Position numbers and translations under genes: made by a program | Sequence record: MN047793.1 | Length of the DNA: 64,000 nucleotides | Reading direction: 5' to 3' (one strand) | Shown: positions 57,281 through 64,000 of the stretch, piece by piece | Numbering within the stretch: position 1 is the stretch's first letter | How the letters are laid out: each line of letters starts with the position of its first letter | The notes under the pieces: model-generated | Seen by the model: the letters and a program-made list of their open reading frames with translations, nothing else | Told to the model about the DNA's origin: nothing | The model's database searches: none

Positions 57281-57460
57281 TTATTTAGTTTCCGGTTTAT
57301 ATCGCTCTTTACCTGTACCGTCACAGCTAGCACATGCGGGAGAATTAGTAGAATCGTATCGTCCGCTACCATTACACGCATAGCATGTCCGCTCTTTCCA
57401 TCCATATATGAATTTAAGGAAATATTTGGTACGCTCTTCTTTACGTTTTTTAAACGACAT
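57281..57460 (-). CDS. 59-aa DnaJ-type zinc-finger miniprotein (not in the ORF track)
   Basis: MSFKKRKEERTKYFLKFIYGWKERTCYACNGSGRYDSTNSPACASCDGTGKERYKPETK contains two CxxCxGxG motifs; AGGA upstream. Confidence 0.7.
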   Translation of the reverse strand: MSFKKRKEERTKYFLKFIYGWKERTCYACNGSGRYDSTNSPACASCDGTGKERYKPETK

Positions 57461-57621
57461 ACATAATCCTAAGTCTAAATTATTAACCTTATCATATCAT
57501 GGGTCAAACGCTAATACAAGAGAAAAGAACTTATCAATAATTCTTGCCCACATAGTAATACTCCATTTTCTTATATGTATCAAAGAAAACGGAGTACGTT
57601 CTATTCGATACTAGACATCTA

Positions 57622-58257
57622 CTACTCTTTAGGTGCGTACTTACGGAATTCCGTCATAAGTTCATTATGACGACTTTTCCATTTTTCGTTCAGCGTATCC
57701 CATGAAATTGTGTTGAGGTCAAGGACCCGCAATTCATCCCAAATATGATTAGCTACTCCAAAATCTACAACTTTTCCATGTTCAGCAATTTGAATACCAA
57801 ATGCTGGAATGCGAAATGAATGAAATAGACTCTTAAGACCGTTCAATTTTTGACCTCTTTCTACAGTAATTTTTTTCTTAGCCTTAACCCAACTATTACT
57901 TGCAGTGGCACTAATTTCTTTACGAAGTGTTGGTAGGTCTAAGTTGAACTTAAACATCTCAACATTCATCAGAGAGTATGACTCCAATGCAAAGATTTTA
58001 TGGTTATCTAGATGTCGTTGCCATGACTCGATGGTATGAACATGAACAGAGATATCTCCGGTCATACTATCAAATTGTTCCCCATCTTTAAAGTCTCCAA
58101 TAAAATGTGGGTCATAAACCAATTGGTAATCGTGGTCACTATAGAAAGTGTTTGTGGCGTATACTCGACTACCATAAGGATACAGTGCGATCAAGTCGCG
58201 CTCTTCCAAACCTGTAACGGTCAGAATAGTAGCCAAGTTATCTGTGATGTTGCTCAT
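57622..58257 (-). CDS. Pol-beta-superfamily nucleotidyltransferase
   Basis: LYPYGSRVYAT...SDHDY (GS-x-DxD motif). Confidence 0.75.
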   Translation of the reverse strand: MSNITDNLATILTVTGLEERDLIALYPYGSRVYATNTFYSDHDYQLVYDPHFIGDFKDGEQFDSMTGDISVHVHTIESWQRHLDNHKIFALESYSLMNVEMFKFNLDLPTLRKEISATASNSWVKAKKKITVERGQKLNGLKSLFHSFRIPAFGIQIAEHGKVVDFGVANHIWDELRVLDLNTISWDTLNEKWKSRHNELMTEFRKYAPKE

Positions 58258-58312
58258 AATGCGTCCAATTATTTAAGGATTTGGTGAATTATAGCTCACC
58301 AAATCCTTATTG

Positions 58313-59452
58313 TCAATCATCTTTTAATGGTTTATACGTTTCGTCAAACACTGATCGTTCAATACGATACACTTCTGGTACTGAATCATCATCTTTGCTG
58401 CTAATCGGAGTTGCTAAATAGTCGCCACTTTTACATAGCATCTCTTCATCCCAGCTAGCCATGAATTTGATGGTATTTCCCTTATATTCGTAAGCACGAA
58501 TTAGACCTTTAGTTTTATACTTCTTATAACTATCTGTAGGGTCTTCATCTACTTCATAACGTTCACGGAATTTAGTTTCAGAAATTACGTACATTTCACC
58601 CTTTGGACCCTTAACGACAATCTCTCCGTCCTTAACAGTCTTCTTGGTTTCATCTTCGCCATCAATAGTAGTTACGATTAGTTCTCCAGCTTTACCCTTT
58701 CGTGCATCGAAAGTACCAGTCTTCTTAAATACTGTAGTATCTTGATCCTTGAAGTCGGAAATCATTTCTTTTTGTGTCTTGATTGTCTTCTCAGATTCTT
58801 TTAGTGTAGTAACTAATCCTGCCTTCTTAGCATCAATAAATTCTCCTGCACCTAACTTGACTTTCTTTACATATTTGCTGTCAAGTTCATCGCATTGTGT
58901 AATCCATTTATCCCAATTACTATCAAGTAGTTTAATGAACGACTCTTGACTACCACGATCAGCATATCTCTTAAGATATTCCTTCTTTAAAGACTTATCT
59001 GGATATACTAGCGTAAACATCATCTCTTCTTTAAGAAGAGCATCCCGAACTACATCATGTGATGACGCCAGGATAGTATATCCATCCTCTTGTTTATCTT
59101 TGATATGTTTAATGTAATTATTTGGGAAGTCTGATTTTGGAAATGTGCTACTATCGGAATCTAATACTTTATAATCACTATCCTTTAATTCTTTGAATAA
59201 TGCCGATTTTCCGATACCAGGGAACCCGCAAATTACCTTGCCCTTAATTCCAAATGCTTGTGCAGCACCTTCATATGTGAAGGCAGGGTCGCTCATGATC
59301 TTTTGATACATTGTCATTTTTTCTAGGAAAGACTCTCTAGTCCCTCCGTAGTTTTGTTTCTGTACTTCAGTCATACCTTCCCATATTTCCTCGTGAGTAC
59401 TAGGTACTGATCCTCTATTTTTAATAGATTTGTATGCATCTCTTAAATTCAT
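58313..59452 (-). CDS. Fusion of a P-loop domain and a PGDYG-like domain
   Basis: ICGFPGIGKS, LDSDSS.F and FP.NYI.HIK; C-terminal GEMYVI...F..RYE and GDYL...Y.I....F..TY. Confidence 0.6.
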   Translation of the reverse strand: MNLRDAYKSIKNRGSVPSTHEEIWEGMTEVQKQNYGGTRESFLEKMTMYQKIMSDPAFTYEGAAQAFGIKGKVICGFPGIGKSALFKELKDSDYKVLDSDSSTFPKSDFPNNYIKHIKDKQEDGYTILASSHDVVRDALLKEEMMFTLVYPDKSLKKEYLKRYADRGSQESFIKLLDSNWDKWITQCDELDSKYVKKVKLGAGEFIDAKKAGLVTTLKESEKTIKTQKEMISDFKDQDTTVFKKTGTFDARKGKAGELIVTTIDGEDETKKTVKDGEIVVKGPKGEMYVISETKFRERYEVDEDPTDSYKKYKTKGLIRAYEYKGNTIKFMASWDEEMLCKSGDYLATPISSKDDDSVPEVYRIERSVFDETYKPLKDD

Positions 59453-59613
59453 TTAATAACTCCTGTTGTAGGTGCGTCTTTGTTCGTATCAGGCTTGATA
59501 AGTAAATCCGTATAAAGAAATTTTGTAGTATGTTCTTTACAAATCTCAGAAATAAGTTCTTTATCTATCACATAATCGTGACCATTATCTGTATCACTAA
59601 TTTTTATTCTCAT
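59449..59613 (-). CDS. Hypothetical protein
   Basis: ATGA-coupled on both sides. Confidence 0.5.
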   Translation of the reverse strand: MRIKISDTDNGHDYVIDKELISEICKEHTTKFLYTDLLIKPDTNKDAPTTGVIK

Positions 59614-60011
59614 TTTCCATACCATAAGAATGCTGGATGAATGGCACAAATTACGCCATAATCACCGTTTACATTTCCCCAATCTTCGCAATACACACGC
59701 CAGCCAAGGCTATTACTCCCATCATGGTCGTTATCTGCGAACCATCCGGTTTTTGGAAAATCAAAATTTTTAGATTCATCACTATTCAACCAATCCCATG
59801 CAAGGGTTGCTGCACTACTGTCAGACAATGGTATTGGAAATGCTGTCTGTGCTGATGACGAACTGTAGCAATACAAAATAAGGCCATTCTTTGGCGTAAT
59901 TTTCCAAAAGTTAGCTTTAGTGTTTGGTCCTGACTGCAAAAATGCCAATTTTATAGCAAGATTTAACTCTTCCCGTTTTTCGCCATTCACATTAAATACT
60001 CGATTATCCAT
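59610..60011 (-). CDS. Hypothetical phage protein
   Basis: DHDGSNSLGWRVYCEDWG motif; coupled. Confidence 0.6.
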   Translation of the reverse strand: MDNRVFNVNGEKREELNLAIKLAFLQSGPNTKANFWKITPKNGLILYCYSSSSAQTAFPIPLSDSSAATLAWDWLNSDESKNFDFPKTGWFADNDHDGSNSLGWRVYCEDWGNVNGDYGVICAIHPAFLWYGK

Positions 60012-60282
60012 TTAATACGTCTCTCCATATCTCATGCAGTTCATCACTATATCTAAAGACTTGTCGCATATCAGATAAAACCTCATCATTGGAGACTGAT
60101 TCTACAGGATTTTGCATATAATCATTAAATGCAATCGGTTCAAATAACGTTAATGTAATAGTATGTTCGTTAATAGCCGATACGTACCCGTGCAATTCAG
60201 TATCATTTCTAACCACCATTCCTACAATTACTCCAACAGTTTCCGGTGAACGCGGAAGATCATATCGTTGTACTAATTTCAT
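60004..60282 (-). CDS. Hypothetical protein
   Basis: Coupled ORF. Confidence 0.5.
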   Translation of the reverse strand: MKLVQRYDLPRSPETVGVIVGMVVRNDTELHGYVSAINEHTITLTLFEPIAFNDYMQNPVESVSNDEVLSDMRQVFRYSDELHEIWRDVLNG

Positions 60283-60349
60283 GAAAATATATTCCTTTTA
60301 TATACCGTAATAATAACAAAGGCCCGCATATGATGCAAGCCTTTGTTGG

Positions 60350-60598
60350 TCATTTATCAAATTTTAATTTAGTAGTACAGTAATCTGTCCATGTTTCCGA
60401 ATTATCTTTATCAAACTCTTTAGGATAGTAATTCGGAATATGTTGATACCCTTTAACAAAATCATCCATCTCGTCTTTGGAAGTGAACCATAGTTTACAT
60501 TTGACCCATTTCCAATTGAGGTCCCCATTAGAGGACTCCCAATTTTTAATGAAACTCATCAGTAAGTACCGTCCACCACCATAATTGGTAGTGTCCAT
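60350..60598 (-). CDS. Hypothetical protein
   Basis: Directly downstream of the NMNAT-Nudix gene. Confidence 0.5.
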   Translation of the reverse strand: MDTTNYGGGRYLLMSFIKNWESSNGDLNWKWVKCKLWFTSKDEMDDFVKGYQHIPNYYPKEFDKDNSETWTDYCTTKLKFDK

Positions 60599-60605
60599 AA
60601 TTATC

Positions 60606-61709
60606 TCAGAGAAGATTACTAAAGCGTTTAATTAAGTCCCAATGGTCTTCAAATAACTGGTCACGCATCGTATCCATAACTTCTTCTAATGGAATCCAGC
60701 GAGCAGCCGCAGCATCATCAAGTCCTTTAACTCGTGGAAGCTTTTCAGCATCATCCAGCTTGAAACCAAATGCCATGGTAACAGTTCTACCACGCTTCCC
60801 TTTGACACGACAGCGTAACGACCGGTCAGGGTGGTCAAACACTTGTTCATGAAAGATGCTACCCTTTAAGACCTTTTCAGGAATTTTAAGACCAGTTTCT
60901 TCGCGAAGTTCTCTGATAGCTCCATCAAGGAAACGTTCGTTATTATTGAGGTGACCGCCAGGAAGTGCCCACAGTCCTCTACCGGGAGACTCCTTGCGTT
61001 GAATAAGTAAAACATGTCCCGACTGAACTACAATACTATCTACTGTCAAGAAGTTTGTATTACCATATGGTACATTTTCAAACATCTTTTGGTATGCGAC
61101 CGCATCATCATATTCCGTACGAAGCTCTGCATATGCCTCAGTCTTATAAAACTCTTTCAGAAAGTTTAATGTTCCCGGAGTGACTACCTGACTAATGAAA
61201 TCCAAATATCCTTCGAAATACAGTTCACGAATTTTTGTAGCAGACAATGATGGGGCATCATCACCACCTACTTTGACTTCTCTCATGGTCAGCATATCCA
61301 TACTATTCTTGAAATAATTCAAGTAATACGTGGATTCATCCTTGTTTAATGCAATTAGGGCCGTGCGTGCATCTGGGCCAAATTCGGCCTGCGCTACATC
61401 TCGGATTAGACGGCTTACATTAGTGAACCAATCAGCATCAGAGTATAAGAAATCTTCTGCCCCCACAAATAATACCCGAGCCTGTTGCTCGACGGTAAGC
61501 GAATCAATAACCATTTGTGCACGCTCTTTCGTCGTCCACGGGTTTTTGAATGTTCTAGGGGATTGGTGGCTACCTAGCACTACTAGGACTTTGGTCCCGT
61601 ATTCTAATGCTGATAAGATGGTTTCGATGTGGCCCTTGTGTGGGCATTGTAGCCTACCAATAAAGGTAACAAGGTCGTATTGTTGTGTTGCTGTTGTGTT
61701 TGTGCTCAT
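60606..61709 (-). CDS. natV: Bifunctional NMN adenylyltransferase / ADP-ribose Nudix hydrolase (NadM-Nudix, NatV-like)
   Basis: FIGRLQCPHKGH (HxGH), NPW, SATKIR and Nudix box GGHLNNNERFLDGAIRELREETG. Confidence 0.93.
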   Translation of the reverse strand: MSTNTTATQQYDLVTFIGRLQCPHKGHIETILSALEYGTKVLVVLGSHQSPRTFKNPWTTKERAQMVIDSLTVEQQARVLFVGAEDFLYSDADWFTNVSRLIRDVAQAEFGPDARTALIALNKDESTYYLNYFKNSMDMLTMREVKVGGDDAPSLSATKIRELYFEGYLDFISQVVTPGTLNFLKEFYKTEAYAELRTEYDDAVAYQKMFENVPYGNTNFLTVDSIVVQSGHVLLIQRKESPGRGLWALPGGHLNNNERFLDGAIRELREETGLKIPEKVLKGSIFHEQVFDHPDRSLRCRVKGKRGRTVTMAFGFKLDDAEKLPRVKGLDDAAAARWIPLEEVMDTMRDQLFEDHWDLIKRFSNLL

Positions 61710-61798
61710 ATGTTCGACTCCCGAATCAATAAGTTAAAGCTTACAACTATTTAGGTATTGTGTCAAGCACTTGCATCATGCTAAGATAAATATCAATT

Positions 61799-62134
61799 AT
61801 GAACATTAATGAAATCCTCGACCTAGATGCGCCTCAAATAAAAGTAGATGTCCGAACCAAAAGTGGTAACGGGGCGTCTCGTACTCTATTACGTGTAGAT
61901 ATTGACAAGTCCAATCCACATGCTCATCTAAATCAAATAATTAAAAAGATTTCAGATAAATTTATTGATTCCGAAACTACTCTGAAAGTCATTGATACCA
62001 ATCCATTAATTTTTAATTTAATTCCACGCAACGGAATTGATTTATTTCAGTTCACGGTCAGCATCACTCCAGAACTGGAACACCTTCAGAAGGCTTTTAT
62101 GACTGCCAGAGGAATTCCAGTAGACCGTCCATAA
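61799..62134 (+). CDS. Hypothetical late protein
   Basis: ATAAATA at 61786-61792 just upstream. Confidence 0.55.
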   Translation: MNINEILDLDAPQIKVDVRTKSGNGASRTLLRVDIDKSNPHAHLNQIIKKISDKFIDSETTLKVIDTNPLIFNLIPRNGIDLFQFTVSITPELEHLQKAFMTARGIPVDRP

Positions 62135-62301
62135 GTGCATTTATTCTCTGCGATTATCAATGATTCTAACTGCTCATAACACATGGAGCACCCTTTACCG
62201 GCTCCAGTATTTTGCATTAATTCTCCAATCGTCTTGCTACCGTTGCGAATAGCTTCAGCCAAATCACTATCTGTAAGACCCATACACAAACATACGTACA
62301 T
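62086..62301 (-). CDS. bfd: Bfd-like [2Fe-2S] bacterioferritin-associated ferredoxin
   Basis: MYVCLCMGLTD...GAGKGCSMC. Confidence 0.88.
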   Translation of the reverse strand: MYVCLCMGLTDSDLAEAIRNGSKTIGELMQNTGAGKGCSMCYEQLESLIIAENKCTYGRSTGIPLAVIKAF

Positions 62302-62364
62302 AAAAAAGCCCTGAATACTCAGGGCTTAATATATAACATCTGTACGTAATGTCAAGTAGTACTG

Positions 62365-63498
62365 TTATTCTGTATCACTATGACGTTCAATGGATGCCTT
62401 TGATCCTTTCGGCCAATTATGCTTGTCATCTTTCCATTCTTGAGTACATTCGCTCTTTGTTCCAGAGAATTGAATGGTATACTTATCGGAGTCTGGAGTC
62501 TTTACTTTTAATACCCACAAGTCATCCTTTCCTTCCTTCACATACGAATTAAGCGCATTTGCTAGCCAGTTAACTAACTGTGGCGGGAAGAATGTTGTGA
62601 TAGGTGACATAAGAGTACTAAAATACACTTGTGCCTTCTTAATACCTTCAGCATCACCAGCGGCAACATTTTCTAGAATTTGGTTTAGCGCATCAACCGC
62701 ATTCTGTTTGACCCCATCATTATCAAACCCTTTATCATCATATGCGACAATAGCTGCTTCAAGTTCTTGAATGCGACTCTTAACCACAGACTTAACACTA
62801 GATGGTAGACGGATTTTAGTAGACAAATCTTTCGCCTTTGTATCGTTTTCTTTCGGAGCATTCTGATAATCTACTTCTGGTGCCTTAGTTGTAGCATCCT
62901 TTTCTAGAATCATAGCAGCGATTTGCTCAGGAGTAAGCTTAACAGATTCCTTTACTTCCTTGTCATCTTTCTTTTTAGCTTTCTTATCTGAATCATCTTC
63001 GTCAGTATCCTTCTTCTCAGACTTATCATCCTTGTCTTTTTCAGACTTATCATCCTTGTCTTTTTCAGACTTATCATCCTTGTCCTTATCGGAATCGTCG
63101 TCTTTGTCGTCTTTCTTTTCTGTCTTCTTTTCATCAGAATCTGCATCTTTATCAGACTTTTTCTCTGAATCATCTTCGTCTTCGTCAGTATCCTTCTCCG
63201 AAGATGAGTCGCCGTCCTTTTTCTTAAAAGCTTCAGGTACTTCAGGTACTTCAGCAGCCTCTTTAACCTTCTCGGCTGGTGCATCTAGTTTAGCTAGAGC
63301 AGCTTTAACAACCTTAAGTTCTTCTTCAGCGTTCTTATATTGAAATGATGAACGTGATGCTGTCAAAAGCACTGACTGTAGTGAAGTTTTTGCTTTATTA
63401 AGTTCCGCTTTGTCAGATTTCTCATATTTCTTTTCAACAGAAACCGATTCTGTAATTGGGATACCTGATAATTCTTGTAGACGTTGAGTAAAATTCAT
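62365..63498 (-). CDS. Asp/Lys-rich low-complexity protein, probable internal head or scaffold-like
   Basis: Central D/K/E/S tract; several [ILV]-x-E-[SA] motifs. Confidence 0.6.
   Translation of the reverse strand: MNFTQRLQELSGIPITESVSVEKKYEKSDKAELNKAKTSLQSVLLTASRSSFQYKNAEEELKVVKAALAKLDAPAEKVKEAAEVPEVPEAFKKKDGDSSSEKDTDEDEDDSEKKSDKDADSDEKKTEKKDDKDDDSDKDKDDKSEKDKDDKSEKDKDDKSEKKDTDEDDSDKKAKKKDDKEVKESVKLTPEQIAAMILEKDATTKAPEVDYQNAPKENDTKAKDLSTKIRLPSSVKSVVKSRIQELEAAIVAYDDKGFDNDGVKQNAVDALNQILENVAAGDAEGIKKAQVYFSTLMSPITTFFPPQLVNWLANALNSYVKEGKDDLWVLKVKTPDSDKYTIQFSGTKSECTQEWKDDKHNWPKGSKASIERHSDTE
63017..63084. repeat. 24-nt tandem repeat (about 2.8 copies) encoding KDKDDKSE
   Basis: TCAGACTTATCATCCTTGTCTTTT at 63017 and 63041, partial copy at 63065. 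Confidence 0.9.
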
Positions 63499-63508
63499 AA
63501 TTAGTTCC

Positions 63509-63844
63509 TTAAACTGTTTGTGACCAGCTGGCGTGTTGCCCTCTAGCTTCTCGTAAAGCTTTGACCGCTACTGCAATCAATTCAATGTATTGCTTCCAGC
63601 GATTTTTTAAATACGCTAAAGGTTTTGGCACTTCTAATTCAGCAAAAGCGGCGTCAACCAATTCTACTGCACTACGCCAATTCTTTTCTAAATCTTTGGC
63701 AGACTTATTTATCTCTTTCTTTAAAGCAGACATAGTATCCGCAGGAAATTCATACTGCGGATCAGTTTCTATAAACACAATCTTTTTCTTTTCCGGCTTC
63801 TTTTCTTTCTTTTCATTCAGAAGCTGTAGGAATTGAAATGTCAT
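63509..63844 (-). CDS. Hypothetical protein with capsid-targeting-like N-terminus
   Basis: MTFQFLQLLNE. Confidence 0.6.
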   Translation of the reverse strand: MTFQFLQLLNEKKEKKPEKKKIVFIETDPQYEFPADTMSALKKEINKSAKDLEKNWRSAVELVDAAFAELEVPKPLAYLKNRWKQYIELIAVAVKALREARGQHASWSQTV

Positions 63845-64000
63845 TTCTTAATTTCCTTGGATTTTACGGCATCCTTTTCTGCCTTAGCTTTGGCTTTACG
63901 ATATTCATCAATCGATTTCTTATAGAACTTATTAGATTCGACCGATTTAGATACAAGATCAGAAATCGCAATTAGATTGTCAAATAGGTTGGTTGCCTGC
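63841..64000 (-). CDS. C-terminal fragment of an ORF entering from beyond the window end
   Basis: ...SIDEYRKAKAKAEKDAVKSKEIKK*; TGA overlaps the next ATG. Confidence 0.5.
   Translation of the reverse strand, partial: QATNLFDNLIAISDLVSKSVESNKFYKKSIDEYRKAKAKAEKDAVKSKEIKK

Noticed and set aside
57178-57614. Track ORFs 57178-57405 (-) and 57408-57614 (+)
   Set aside because: A different minus frame (57281-57460) gives a zinc-finger protein with an RBS that fits the operon packing better
61712-61722. GTTCGACTCCC resembling a tRNA T-loop
   Set aside because: No T-stem or cloverleaf; on the minus strand it is the GGGAG RBS of natV. No tRNA genes were found by eye in the window

Overview
The window is a 64-kb segment of a large, AT-rich, T4-like (jumbo-type) lytic myophage genome. 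The host is probably a proteobacterium, judged from near-consensus sigma70 promoters; T4-like late promoter cores (ATAAATA) are also present. The exact taxon cannot be fixed from sequence alone. Recognisable genes include rIIA/rIIB, Thg1, two glutaredoxins, a macrodomain protein, a GIY-YIG homing endonuclease, two HAD nucleotidases, a pectate-lyase-fold tailspike, primase, ClpP-like and HslV-like peptidases, NAD-dependent ligase, two topoisomerase II subunits, an Acb1 (T4 57B) anti-CBASS homolog, DHFR, PhoH, MazG, AlkB, dCMP deaminase, NAMPT plus NMNAT-Nudix (NAD salvage), Bfd, and three Pro/Thr-rich probable virion proteins. The most unusual part is 8.8-17.1 kb. A divergent promoter stack and an 11-bp-phased GTTA repeat field (origin-like) are followed directly by a translationally coupled tandem array of 16 clear and about 3 diverged paralogous small genes. 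The genes are joined by a conserved 30-nt junction repeat, show mosaic exchange, and diverge progressively away from the promoter. Other leads are a kinase-fold protein and an Acb1 that both carry T4 capsid-targeting-like N-termini, and a candidate GGA-rich small RNA. All function calls are by motif recognition only; no database searches were run.
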